Notes under the pieces: generated by a model
The model's input: the letters and a program-made list of their open reading frames with translations, nothing else
What the model was told of the DNA's origin: nothing
The model's database searches: none
Translations under genes and position numbers: made by a program
DNA from: Neoechinorhynchus agilis
Lineage: Eukaryota; Animalia; Acanthocephala
Assembly (NCBI GenBank): GCA_051530055.1
Contig: CM121341.1
Coordinates: 14,672,784-14,736,783, forward strand
DNA length: 64,000 nt
Direction of reading: 5' to 3'
Shown here: piece by piece, positions 1 through 14,000 of the stretch
How positions within the stretch are numbered: position 1 is the stretch's first letter
Layout of the letters: each line of letters begins with the position of its first letter

Positions 1-331
1 TAGCATATGGAAAATTTGCTTGTGATTTTTCTAAAGCACATAAATTTTAAAAGCGGTTGTGATATTTCAAAAGATTTGAGTCTTGTCTTTGTCCTAATAA
101 TATCATTTTCCATCATATAGTTCTGAAAAGATAATGCTTACTTAATTAATCAACGACATTTATATTTAAGAAAACTTTAAATTAGTGCCTTAAAAAAGGG
201 TTAATAAAGGAAGTTCGGTCTGTGAAGAAAAAATAATACCGTTCGCTAAATAGCACCAAACAAATCTGAGTCGTTAAAATTTCTTCATTTTATAAAATCA
301 CCTTACTGCAACGAGTAAAATACAGAAATTT

Positions 332-1084
332 TTACACTTGCTGGACAAGTCGACCTTCAAATTTCTCGAATTTGGGAACCTTCGAAGCTTTTACGGGTAT
401 CCACGTGGGACATACGATTTCATGATATCCTTCACTAGTTGGTAGATGTACACTGCAATATCCATGTGGAGCAAATTTTGATCCTCCGACATCACGATAT
501 ATTTCCATGAAAAGTCTTGGCCATCCTTCGAAAGGTGATTCAAAGAAAGATTTAGTTGCGATTACCTTGAATGGTACTGGTAACGAAATGGAGATCAAAT
601 GGGCAATTCCACATCGCTACTTTTCGATTGAATGCTGGAAGATCTAAGTGAGTTTGTCCTTGAAGATTACCTTGAACGCAATTCCATTCGGGTCCTGAAG
701 AAATGGAAAATGTTTAATAAACAGTTGGATGAGCAGAAGAAAAGAAAACCTATTCCTCTCATGGGTTATGATAGAGAAAGAAATAATGTTTCGTTTACTG
801 TTCGGGTGGAATTTCCGAACTCTCTTTCTCTCAATGATATTCTCCCTAAACGAACCCATAAGATTCTTGTACGACGATTTACTACGTTCAACAACTAAAC
901 AAGATGACGTGGACGAGATAAATAGGGACCTGTTATTTACTGGCTTACGGGAACTTCAAAACCTGTGTACCGTGATTGGTCGCTTACCTGAACTGATCGA
1001 CCATTTACAACATAAATTATGATTCCCACAAAAATTGAACGCTGAATGAATCGAACCGAAAAAGTGCAGTTGAGCAGCAGTCAT
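332..1084 (-). CDS. B9D2: B9 domain-containing protein 2 (ciliary transition zone)
   Basis: Exons 1084-988, 694-566, 525-332 joined by GT-AG introns (293 and 40 nt) give MTAAQLHFFGSIHSAFNFCGNHNLCCKWSISSGPEWNCVQGNLQGQTHLDLP...WNCPFDLHFVTSTIQGWPRLF...GYCSVHLPTSEGYHEIVCPTWIP, matching recalled B9D2 motifs (CKW, GQTQ, W..P.DLHF, QGWPRL, CPTW.P). The 3' end is uncertain and a further exon is possible. Confidence 0.88.
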
Positions 1085-2340
1085 CTTTTTATGAACACAA
1101 TGAAGTTTGAGGAAGCCAAATGCGCGATCGTTTGTAAGGCGTTGTGTTACTAATCGGAGAAATCGTGTAAGTTTTAGTGTTCGCGTGCCGATTAGCGTAA
1201 TCTGGCGCATTGGAAGCCTACATTGAGTTGTTCTATTTCTAACTTGTATGATACCACCAGCACGTGCTCCAGATCTATTGAAAATGTCACACAGTTTCGC
1301 GAATATTGAGGTCTCCTCGTGTACAAACGATACCTAACGAAATGCACTTGATAGAGTATGGAGATAATAACACGATTAAAAAAAGAGATAAATTCACTAT
1401 TCCTGAAGTGTGAGACCCATTGTTTAAAACTTCGATCATCGTTCCATATGATGAAATCTTGTCATCTTGACTGTAAAAGGACTTTTCAACTGAACTATGT
1501 GTTTAATCTTCAAAAAAGTGACTCATTTTCGAAATTTTTTTAGTTAAAATAACTATTGATGATACTTTGAACATTCAGAACGTTCAACTAAATTCAAGCA
1601 AACGTTTTCGATTGCAAGTAAAACACTAAGATCACAATGTTTTTCACAAATTAAACGCGTTTTAATTGTACTTCTGAAAGTTACAACGTTTCGCTATATT
1701 CTTGTGTTTATCTGAATTTTTCAACTTCACTGATAGACATTGAATGATGTGCGTAAGATACTTTTATGCCCCAATGTTGTCGTTAATCAACCTTATGCGA
1801 TGAGAATCGACAGGAAAAGTGTTCAATGGTTGATACTCGGTCATTGGTTCATTTAATGGGACATTTCAGTAATTGAAGTAAGTTTTTTTGAGAATTTAAT
1901 TTCACCAATTAGTAGATTGCCCATTGCATTGGAAATCAAATTCGATGCTGATTTTCGGTGCAATCTTTAAGCGTGGTAATTTTTTCAGAGAATCATCGAG
2001 ACCATATACAGCTCAATATATCATTCTTTACCTCAAACTTAGTTCCGACTAATTCAAACTTGACCTCAAGCTAATAGTTTAAAAGTCTTAAATGCGCTTT
2101 AATATGAATTCTAAGAAACGATATCTAAGTTTGCAACGCTCTTCGAGGATATTTTTACACAAGGCGAAGATGTATCAAACAATATAAAAAAGATTAAAAT
2201 TGCAAGTATGTTTGATTTTGCTTTTTCAATACCAATCAAATAAAAACTTATACAGTTTGAAATATTTAGATGATCAATCTTTAAGTTTATTAGCATTAGT
2301 CCAAAAAAGAGTAGGAGCAAGGAGCGAAATATTTTAATAC

Positions 2341-2402
2341 AATAATAACACGTTTATTTCTTAATCCACAAAGAATAGGGCCCATGTACCTTTGGGTCCT
2401 CA
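2341..2402 (-). repeat. Short 3'-tail remnant shared with 29821-29885
   Basis: CCATGTACCTTTGGGTCCTC and the adjacent AATAATAA.ACGTT..ATTTCTT segment recur at ~29821-29885. On the minus strand this reads as a 3' end with a (TTA)n-like tail. Confidence 0.45.
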
Positions 2403-3333
2403 TGAACACTCGAGTTCTGATTTGTTAAATGAATGTGGCTGTTGATTTTGGAGTGGATTACGGGTTCGATCCGGTGGGAATATATTTCTATCAATCGATT
2501 AATGCTCAACGAGTTGATTTTCGCACTGTTTTCAACATGTTTAACGAACTGACTTTTGGGTAAGTTTGAGTTTTAAAATGGAACATTATCTAACAGTTTG
2601 CTCGTGACTAATTTGTTTGTGGTCGCATGTTTCGATTAGTATTTTTTCATTGGATTGTGGCTTGCTTTCTGTTGGTGCAGAAAGTTGAGATAAACTATAG
2701 AAATGATCGCTATGAGTATGATCAGTTCCAACGGAGAATACACCATAATAAAACGAAAATCTGTGCTTCTTACCAATGCATTTCAGATGACAAAGTGATC
2801 TTGGCACTTTCAAAGAACTCAACTAATTGAGTGAAGATCTGATTAAATATCCTTTAAGATCGTATTATTAACATAAATTTTCAATGGGAACAAAAAACTC
2901 AAAATGGGTTGTGCATTTTGCAATAACAAGGACACACCAGAAATGTTTTTACATTGATTCCATCTTCAGTTGTACCTCAAATCGCTCTTTCGAGATTCCA
3001 GGTCACAGTCCATCCAGTGAGCGTAACAAAGGGTCCATCACCTTCATAAATAAGGATTCTTTAATCTTTCTGAATCAAAGGGGTAAAAATCCTATCACTA
3101 ATTCAAGGTTCAGCTCTTTTCTTTAACAGAGGTGAACTTCGCAAAACGTCAAGTGCTTTGCTCATTCATGTGTAGTAGTCAGCATTCTCGTTTCCCGAAT
3201 AAGTGGTTGTGACGAATTGCTAGCTGACGACTTTGTATGCTGGTTGTTGGTCCCGTCTCCTTTGTCTCCCCCAGAACCCTGGTTCCTTTCCTACGCATAC
3301 TTTCTCTATATAGAAACACAGAAACACTAGTAT

Positions 3334-6300
3334 ATGTCTCACCGAGAAACCAAGACATGCTTGTCAATGTCAACAAATGATCATTTTGTGGACGGAGCTC
3401 CTATACCCCTGGATCAGGTCGAGGAGCAGCTTAGCCTTCTTAAAAAGTCAATAGAACTAAGTCATGCCCGACTCGTGAAACTTGCCATTAACGACTTTTT
3501 TGTAAGAATGTTCATCAAGGAAATCAGGGAAACTGAAGATTACTTAATCCGCCTGATTGGACAGCAGATAATAATGAAAAGAAACACTGAATTGAATGAG
3601 ACCTCATCACTAATCGGAGGAAAAGAGTTCTTGGTGATTGTCGGAGTCGATCCTTTCACGATTGAAGTAAGTATTTTAATACACCTGATCTCCTTCAAAA
3701 TGTACCTTACTCACTATAGTCGATACCATTCGATATATCGGTGGATGAACTGATAAGTGACACTGACGCATTTTTTATTGAGCGAAATAATCTGAAAGGA
3801 CAAAACGCTAGGAAGGTCCTAGATGCCATTAAAATGCTCAAACTTTACCTTGCAGGTTTTTCTAATTTGATATCATATCTTCTGGCAAAAGATTAAAAAC
3901 TAGATTGTCAATCGAATAACTCACCTTCTTATAACAACTCCGCAATTGGGTTATACCATTGGGACTCGTTCAATACTGAGGCACTAAAATCACCATCGAT
4001 GTTAGGAGATGAACTCTTCAATTCTGCTTTTTTGAACAACGAAAAAGTGCCTTATCATCGATCTAATATTTCTCTTTATCAACGACCGGGAACCCCGATT
4101 TCGAGCGACGGAATGAATTTTGGATCAAGTACCGATCTAAGTACAAAGTCTGATAATTCTGGTGAGTTCAAGGTAGATGAAGCCTACTTTATTCGATTGA
4201 TGAATAGTCACTATAGTATCTTTTTTATGCAATACTTATATATAATGAATGATCGAGGAGAAACGAACGGTTCAACGAACACCTTGCGAAGCACTTTATC
4301 TGGGAACCTTAAAGTTCTAAAGTTTAAAAGTGTCAACGCCTTCCTAAATTAAGGCAATAGTGATGCTATTTCTCTTTTGCTAGATCCGGATAATTGTAAC
4401 TCGTCTTGGAAACCTTTAAATAGTGTTAATAGAATTTAATCTTGTCTTCAATCTATGGATAACATCTTTAGAATTTAAGCTCTTCTAAAAATTACATTTT
4501 CGCGTTATTAATTATATACTTTTATACCTATTGTCCGAAAGGACCTAATGCCACCTAGACAATAAATGGCTTTTATATTCATCTCTAGATCGCTTTTATC
4601 TAACTCCTACAAATTTAATTTGTTTCTTTGAGGCGAATTCGGCAGCAGCGATTGGATCTTTCGGTCAAAGTCTGAGAGTCCTCGTTCCGAAAACAAACTC
4701 GAAAAGTCCGACGAAACAAAAGGTACATTAAACCAAGGCATTGCTTCACAGACGGAACTGGTTTATAGAGAAATGTTGGCGGCGGAATACCAATTCCCAT
4801 AAATGGGGGTACGTTTGTAAAATAGCAACCTGTGACTATTGCCAACACCGAATATCGGTGTTGGGTTTAAGATGTAAGGAATGCAGGTACTTCATAAAAT
4901 GCATGATATGCTAATATTTTTGGGCGTGCCATTAGGCTACGGTGCCATTCAAAATGCGAAAAATTCATATCACCGACATGCGGTGCCAACAATTTACTAT
5001 ATCGCGATCAACGCCATGTATCATCTACACTACCGAATCGATGGATATTCAATCGGTATCGCAGTCAATTTTGCTCGGATATAAAACGAGGTATGAAAAT
5101 TTTCCCCATTAAATTTAATGTAGCACGAAAATAAACGGATATAGTGTAAATAGATTTCGTCAGGCATCGATTTTTATAATCATAGTAGGAAAGTTGGATT
5201 CTGAGAATCATCGTTTTTATTATTCTCTATATGTATTTAAAGTAAATTTAAGATGAAACTGCAAACACTTTTGGGCGCTACTTTTTCTATGATTTGATTG
5301 ATTTAATAACAAGCATTGTTTAGTTTAACAACCTTACTTGGCTCATTTAACTTTTATCCCATAGCAATTAAGAAGCCGGGCATCGAAGTAAATCACGATA
5401 TTCAACCAGGCATAAAATGTGAAATCGAGGATAATGTATTCGTCGAAAATGAGCCAAAGCCAAGCGTTCCTGGTATTGCACTAGTAAGCTCCTTGGAATC
5501 CCGAAGTAGCTAAATGATTTCGATGCCGAGTTAGTTTAGAAAACCACATCACGACGAGTTGTACCTAAGCCGACAGCATGCATCTGTCCCAATAATGTGT
5601 CAGATATCGATCGATTTGGACGATGGCAGTGCTTTACAACGGCAAGTGACTGTACGTTTTCTGATAGAACCAGTTGTTTAATTCTATGATGGTGCCCACA
5701 GTTGTCTACAAGCCTCAAGGAGTGGGATATTCCAATCGATACCATATTGATTGAAGAACGTGTATATCAAGGTGAAGTGAGCACCATTTATAGGCAGGTG
5801 AACTTCTTATGATGAACCTGCTTTGATGTGTTTTTTAAAGAGCTTCATGGTATGGACCAGTCGCGTTACGGTTAATCGATCTTAACACTTTCGGTCAATA
5901 TTTTGAACAAAAATTGAGGTTGTTCAAACTGGAGGTTTGTTAAATCGTATTCGAACTTCATCGCGGCATTTAGAAAAGGTTGCAACACTCAAAAAACTTA
6001 GGCATGAGAATTTGATCTTGTTCTGTGGAGCTTGTTTGCAGCCTCCTAGAATCGGTATTGTAACATCGTATGGATTTTTAGTTTTTATGGGAAAACTAAC
6101 TAGCAATGATCCGATATTTAGGTGGATAAATGGATGCAGTTTATTCCACAGACTTCACATCGCAAATGACGATCCACTTGAAGAAAATCATATTCTCAAC
6201 TTTGCACATCAAATAATCATGGTATGTTTCTCCAAGGAATCTATTGTTTGTGGGAATCAATTTGAGTATAATATTTCGAATCTTAAAAATCATATTCAAC

Positions 6301-7562
6301 TCAATTTTTACACGTTACCGTCTTAAAGTGAAGGGATATGTTACTTGCCTATCTTAAAATATAATCATTTGAGGTTATGACGGTTCTAAATATCTCACCT
6401 TATATTATTTTCGAATTGTATGCATATTCCATAAAACCAGACTCGTAGTTGTGGCTTCAGTTGCGCTCTTAGTCTCGAGAACATTCCGGGTTCACTTTTA
6501 AATCCCATTTGCTCACTAAAAACATCATGCCTGCATCGCAAAGTACTAATCTTTTCACGAAAATGCACTTTTACATCTCTTTTAATAGTCACAGGAAACA
6601 ATTGAGGAAGTCATATGAAGTTTAAAAGTGAACTCATGATCACTTAAAAGTGCAGTCATCGTCATAATTATTTCGCAAATGCGTTTATGTGGATAATCAT
6701 AAAAAGTGCCAAAATGCTCTTTTTCTAAAAACATTTGTATCCAAAATACGCAAATTGCGATCCTAATCTCTTGGTTTTTTTATTTCGCCACGGATCACTA
6801 TGTGGCTGAAATAATTCCGTAAAATAGTATGTCGTCAAGAATTCTCTATTCTACGCTGATCCCATGTTCTTGGATTCAAATCAGTTATGCCAAACACAAT
6901 ATCCTTCTACCTAGGCCCTTCGATATTTGCACTCCAAAAGATGCATCCACAAAGCGCTCCGAAGCAAGAACGTTTTCATTGAACACAACGACAAGGTTAT
7001 CGTAACCGATTATGGATTATCAATAAATAACAGAACATGTTCATCGGCAGAAAAGTATTTGGCAATTCCGACCTATTGGCTCCTATACTACGCCCCGGAA
7101 CTTATTGTAAAATTAACCGGTACGGGCAACACCGATATTTATCACACCAAGGAAAGCGACATTTATGCGTTCGGGTACGAGATCATATCTCTAGCAGCTT
7201 TCTTATATTTTTTAGGGTGATCTTTTACGAGATGATGACACAGAATATACCGTTTTACGGTATGAGCAATCATACAATAATTTGGAAGGTAGGTTCGGGT
7301 GAAACAGAGTCGGTCAAGTCTAATGCAATGTATAAATGCGTAAAGGTATAGACATTGCTAGTCTTAAGAAAGACTCCCTCGTCTTCATTAGGACATTATT
7401 TTTGAGTGTTGGAAATATGAACCTTCAAGAAGACCGACATTCATGGATTTATATATTCGAATGAAACGAATTCCTCGAAGAAGCCGAAATTTGTCCAGAA
7501 GTCCTTCGACGCCAAGCAAGTTCCATAACAGGCCAGTGGACATTGTAAATTATACATTTTGA
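3334..7562 (+). CDS. KSR: Kinase suppressor of Ras (KSR)-family pseudokinase, multi-exon
   Basis: N-terminal CC-SAM-like segment (EQLSLLKKSIELSHARL...IKEIRETEDYLIRLIGQQ; SIPFDISVDEL), then a Raf-like kinase domain: LKEWDIP, ASWYGPVALR, LRHENLILFCGAC, HKALRSKNVF, TDYGL, YYAPE, SDIYAFG, CWKYEPSRRPTF; TGA at 7560-7562. Start is ATG 3334 or 3367. Confidence 0.88.
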
Positions 7563-7599
7563 TGAGATTAAGCAAACACATAGTTGTTTTGATTGACAT

Positions 7600-10290
7600 T
7601 TAAGTTGCAAATAACAGCTTCATTGATTTGTATTTATAAAACTTATGCAAAATTAAGGATACATAATTTTTGGTAAATTTACAACAGCTACTATTTGTAT
7701 TGACTCTAAGAAGGTCGTGGATCTTGTAACGGTCTGAGCCTCTTAAATAATTATTGGTCCTTAAGTTACCTATTTGGTTAATAATCCATGTAAGTATGTT
7801 CTTAAGTAAATCCACCTTATTCGTGGGATTTTTGAGGAAAATGGGTATAAGTATACCTTTTGGTGTGAGCAACAATGTCTCGGTGATTCTATTCCTTGTC
7901 CCAATAAAAAGATATCCTAGAGTACTAAGACCTATTGTAGCTGCATTCGCATGAGGCGTATTGTCACATCGATGGAATCCCTCTACTTCGGAAAGATTGA
8001 GTATTAAGTTTATAAAAACGATCTCTTTTGTCCATTTTAAAGGTCCGTGCGAAGTATTCCTTTGCAAATGGACATATCCTGATCTTAAACACATCTGACA
8101 AATGACTAAATTAAAATCGTATAATGTGTCCTCAAATCTAAAAAAGTAACCCAATGAAAGTGTATTCGACGCCATGATTCGCAAATTATATCGGCAGTAT
8201 CCAACGGTATCGGGCAGAGAATCGCATAAGCCAAATAAGACATCCCTATTTCCTGTTCTATTTGTAGAAAATCGTCATTACCCAATTCTTTAGGATGGTT
8301 GAACGTAAGGAAAGTAACCATTCTGGATAGGCCCACAAAAGTTGTCTTTGGGCATCTGACTGATCAGATCTTTTCTCTTCGATTCATGGAATGCAAACAT
8401 CGCATGAAATTTTCTTAGAAAAAACTTTTTTATACTTTATACTCTATTGTCCTTTTTTTTAATGAGTAGATAATATGTATAGAATATCTTTGTGACTTTG
8501 GGCGCCAAAATGTTCCTAAGGATTTCTTGTTGACTTTAATCAAGAAATCCTTTCTCGTTGGATGCTTTGACATCGGGTACTCTTACTGACAATTTCACAT
8601 TTACTCTGGATAAACTAACCTTTTCCACTTCGTTCAATCATGTGGCTCAGGTAGAATCTTATCGAAAAAATCTTCAATCCTTTTGATTGCTGTTTTTAGC
8701 CGACATAGGGAACGAGCCGAATGCAATAAACAATCTACATTTAACAACTATTATGCACTCAATGACATGTATTCGTTATTTTCAGAAATCCCTCTGTATT
8801 TTATTTTGTAGCACAACTTAAAAATAATTAAACTAACAATAAAGATTTAAGTGCTTCTTATCACAATTTCTTATCTGCAGAAGGCCGAAGTGTATCTTTC
8901 CATTGTTCTTGTTCATTGTATCTGTCAAAAATGTTTTCAATATCAAGGTTCATTGCGTATCGCATTGCAAATTCGTATTGATGAGTGAAACCATTCTCTT
9001 GAGAGATTAAGCACAACATATCCTCAAGTTCACATTCATTACTATTCAATTCGCCAGACACTTCTTGAAATATGTCATGATGAACGTCTTTAATATCTTC
9101 TTGCAAGTCATGCACTATCCTTTCAATTTTCGGCTTTTCGCCCATTGTTTTTCTTTTCACTGTTTGATTGCCCTCTCGAAGTTGTTGCATATAAAAATCC
9201 CGAAGAGAGCAACCGGGATTTATTGTCAGTTCGTCAATAAATTTTCTTACTAATGGACTTTTAAATTGTGTTTCAGGTTCGATGATCATATTGGAAGAAC
9301 CGCTTACTACTGGTCTTTCTAAAACCATGTTTTCAATTCTATCAACAGTTTCCTTTAGATTTTCTACTGAACACTCTTTAAGAGGTTTAACTTCTTCAAT
9401 AATCTTCGATTCCATTGTACCCCTAGTAGCAGCGATGATCAAAGAGAGAAGCGAGTTTATTAGCCACTTAACAATTTTCAATGAAAATACCGAAGATCCA
9501 GCACAAAGGGATTTAGGCAAACTAAGCGAAAATGTTAGTTCAACATGTATCTAAGGTTTTACACTATGAATTTGAAGATTCCTCTGCAGCGATTTTTTGC
9601 AAAATTAAGCGGACCCTACACCTGAGAGGACTGCCAATACTCAATGGTGTACCTTGCAAAGCTTACAAATGATCGATCGGTGCAACTATTACTGTGGACT
9701 TCTTCTAAAACACCATCTTCTTCTTCGCTTTCACTATCCTGTATATTATCGTAAGATTCAATATCCTTGAATCTGCGAAATACCGGTCCCAAATCTTCCA
9801 ACTCATTACCTATTTCAAAAGTAATCGCCCTTAGCAATTCCAACCCTATAAAAGTTATATGATAAATTGCGAAATCACATGCGGATACCGACGTTCACTT
9901 TTTGCCAAAGGCTTTTTTTCTGACTTTTGGCTTCTCTCACTCTCTGTGCGTTCCACTTGTTCTTCCAATACGTCTAACTCACCGACACCCATTACTGGCG
10001 CTGCTGCATTCTTGTCGACTAAGCAGCTCAGATGTTTTCGTTGATCAATAGAAAAATATTTTATTTACATAGCCTATTTAATACTGGAAGGCAATATAGC
10101 GCAAGTAAAACTTTTAATGTATCGATCCAGTCCCCACTAACTCCATCCAATAATATATCAAGTGTATTTGCACTGAATGATCGATGATAATCGGCTAGCT
10201 TGTTGATTGACGGACTAAAAAGATTGGCAAATAACGAGCTTGACTTCCTAGATAAATATCGTTACCTTCTTACATCGAGTCTAAGCCGCC
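7600..10290 (-). CDS. Unidentified multi-exon coding region (one or two genes)
   Basis: Stacked minus-strand open frames (7600-8184, 8106-8336, 8861-9520, 9616-9843, ~10070-10250) with protein-like composition and short GT-AG gaps. No family recognised; boundaries approximate. Confidence 0.5.
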
Positions 10291-11039
10291 TATCATTCAT
10301 CAAAGTTCCTACGAATACTCCTGATTGACGAAAAATGCTGAAAATTTCAGGAAGGGTGAATTTTAATTGATGAAACAATTGTGCTCAAATTTATATAGAT
10401 CTCAAACTTAAATTTTACACGGACTAGGCGATGCCTGGATATCTCAGAGACATTTTATTTCCCAAGTTTTTCACAAACATTTAATATCTTTCTCGATCAT
10501 TAGCTTTTATTTCTAGCCGTAGGAGGCATTAGAATAAGACTAAAATATTGCACAAAATTTTCGCATTCTTTTTAGCTAAGTCACAAACTCTTCTTATGGT
10601 CATTCAAGATTGTTGAAAAGATAATTCATTGTTATTCAAGATTATTTGCTGGCAAGAAAACCAATACCGCAAAGACCTCTTTAACAATTAACCTAATGAT
10701 ACGACAAGCATTAGCATTGAGACTATAGCATTTGTAATACTTTTTAAGGAACAGGTTTTATCTTTAAATGGACACTTGGGAGGGGGCTGTTATATTGATA
10801 AAGAAAATTCTTAATTTTCGAGACAAGCAATTCTCGAGGAAGCCGTAAGACGACGAAAGCTCGAAAATAACAATTTTTCTTTATCATTACAACAGCCATC
10901 TCCAAAGTGCTCATTTAAAATGAAAACTTAATCATGTGGCTGGCTAATCAATAGTATTTCATATCATTTTAAAGAAACGATAAAACAATTACCAATCAAA
11001 ATGAAGTGTTACTAGAAAAAGGCAACTTTCGGTACTTAC

Positions 11040-14000
11040 TGGACATATCCGTCGTCACTAGCCGTGATTAACGAATGATTTTTTATGTCAAAAACTATTG
11101 ATGAAATCCGAGTAGAATGAGCACGGAATTGAAACAGCAACGGCGGGTAATTAATTTTTTTCTTTGTTTGATTTGCTACTTGATCAATTGAAAGGAGATC
11201 GAACTTTTTACGTCGGTTTAACTCGATTCGTTCCCGATAATTCTCGATTTCTAATCAAATTCTGCAGATTTGCTCAAGTAAGATGATGTACTTACTATCG
11301 TCATCATTCAAAATCCGATTATAGTCCATCGGTAGGCCATATTTTCCGGATCGGTGGGTAGACCGACGAGATTGTCGGATGCCGGTTTCTTCAACTGCGT
11401 AGGATTCAATGTACCATACGTAAACGCGACCAGAGGAATCTCCTATTTAAAAATAATTCTAAAATGGTTTTCCCAGCAGAACGTTTAGATGATTTATTAT
11501 ATAATTTTTTTAACACATTGAATAAATGATCACTGTATAAGTGTAGCTTCTACAAATCTACAAATAAACCTTTTCGTGTGCAAATTTGAGGAATGTATCG
11601 AAGCGTTTTAAGACGAAATTCAACGATACATGAAACGTAAAGAATTAAAGGATAATTTCAATTGAAAAGTTTACATTTTCACGAACCTGCGTAAAGAAGT
11701 TTATCGTTTTCGCTGGTACACAAAGCTTCCACATGGTGACCAATATCCGAAGCGGAATTAAAAAGACTGCAGAGTTCGCCACCCCCTTCGACACTCCAAA
11801 AAAAGATCCATCCAAACATTCCTACGGTTACGAAATTCGCCGTGTATTCCATGATTCGTTCTTGATTTTCCTGGTTTACCCGTGATTTAAGAAAAAGAAG
11901 ACATTTTAGTGCATAAATATCCAGTTCTTCATTATTGTCTTTTTTCACTATTGGTTTCATATTTCTAGGGAATCACAGAGCGAAGTTTTAAAATATATTA
12001 GAATATGATCATTCGATTTTTCGACGATCATTGAAATGAAACACAAATTTTTAATTGCTTAAATGCCCGAAATCTCCAATTAAGAAATGTGAAATTTCGG
12101 ACTATAAGCAAGGATAATATTTATGAAATTAGTACCTTTTCACCGTTTCTTCAAACCGATGTGGATCCGCCTCGAGCACAAGTCTCAGTTGCCTCTTCCG
12201 TTCATCCAAAAGCGGTGTTTTCATCATTTTGTCCTTCCTGCTTCCAATAAATTCAACTTGCAATCTTCGTTTCTTTAAAGAGGGCACGATTGTTGTCTTT
12301 ATTGATCCGTACGTATTTATTTTTAGCAAAGGCATTGCTACGTCGGCAAACCAAACAATCACTATTCCATCACAAGATGCACTTGTGAGATATTTATCGG
12401 ATGAAGCTAAGTGATTTATTGGTGATTCGTGGATGACCTCGAAATCAGTGAAGTTGTGAAGCCCAGTCAGCTCACAGAGAAAAACATGAACTTGTCGCGT
12501 GGTTCCAGCGATGAATACCTTCATCTTTCGAAAATGCAATGCCAGTGCGATTTCGGAGAGATCCCAGTCTAACTCTGATTGGCTTAAAAGTTTTCCTGCG
12601 TTTAAAAAAATGCATAAGTGTATAAAACAATTAAGATTACCGCTGTGGAGATTCCATATCGTGACCAAGTTACAAGTAGAAACCGTTAAAATTCTTCTCC
12701 CTGTATCGTCAATGGTGATCGCGGTGATTGATTCGTCCCAGAATTCAAAATCATCTAAGCTTGATGTCAGCTGTTTCCTCGAATATGCCAATTTCCCTTT
12801 TAACGGCAATCGAAGGTGAAAGAGAACTTTGGTTAAAAGGTCAATATCAGCCAAAGATTTGGTTGTCAACGAGACAGTCTTTTTTATTATTATGCTAACT
12901 AAAGCCACAGTGAAACCTTATTGTAAAATGTTTTCTAAAGCAATAGTACTATTAAATTTCGAACTTTAAAGATATAAAAATTCGTTTAAATCGAATAGTT
13001 TACTATCGGATCAGATTATAAATATGACTCTTTAGCTCCATAAGGGATCTCAAAAAATTGATTAAAGTTTAAACACGGATCTATAATTCATTGCGATTAT
13101 CTGTTAGTTATCGCTAATTTTAAATTAACATGTTAATCCAAGGAAATTCGGACACTTCAGTAGCAGGTATTTAAGAGAAAACCAACCGTTATTTGTACTC
13201 CACATTTTCGTCTCTGATTTCGCGTCAATAGTCAGTAAAATTTGGAAGTTTGAATCGTAAAATAAATTCCTAACACCTGCACTGTGGGTCCGTTTTGCCG
13301 ATTGTCTCACCGTTTGCTTGGATCGAGGTAGGTAACAAAGGTACTTGCTTCCAATAAAGACATTTTTTAATAGCGGATCGAATTTGAATATTGTTACTTC
13401 ACCAAACCCACTTAAGATAATGTGTTCATTAGCGATGGTTTGAAGAAGCTTATTGCTCACTAACGACCACAGATACACATCTAAAAATGGAAGATTAAAT
13501 ACGTTGGAATTAGTTATGGAAAATGTTATATGAAAAAAGTGGAAAATAGCTTTCGCTCGAATGCCAAAATTTTCTATGATACATCCACGGAAACAAAATA
13601 TTTTGCATGGCTTGAAATAAAAGTTAAAAATTTCATGTTATTAACAAAAAGCTTACAATGGTTTGAATGTAAGGCAAATAGAATCTGATTTTCCTCGTCT
13701 ACTGTCATTTTTTCCACGCTGTTGTTTTCAATGAAGCTCAATATTACAAATGGACTTGTGACACTTGATAGTCGATAGACATCGATTTCCCCTGTTGATC
13801 GTCCACATAATAATTTATTTGTTTTCTATTATCAGTCAGAAATAAAACCTCTTATACAGAAATGGCTTACTTTTGAAATTTGAAGACACGTTAAATGACA
13901 AAAGGTATTTCCGTATGAAACTTTACTTGTGTTTGTCTCAAATGTCATTAGCGTTGGCGATAAAGGTCTCGCTTCTTGAGAAGGAATGTTGGCACAGCAC

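Noticed and set aside
2429-2830. Exon-like MNVAVDFGVDYGFDPVGIYFYQS... with a strong GTAAGT donor, and a signal-peptide-like ORF at 2627-2830
   Set aside because: All splice continuations tried hit early stops; a gene may be present but cannot be supported.
10080-10300. In-frame TAA (10262-10264) removable by an 18-nt GT-AG intron, suggesting ultra-short introns
   Set aside because: A 26-nt intron with an alternative ATG fits equally well and the gene is unidentified. Introns in well-identified genes here are ~35 nt or longer.
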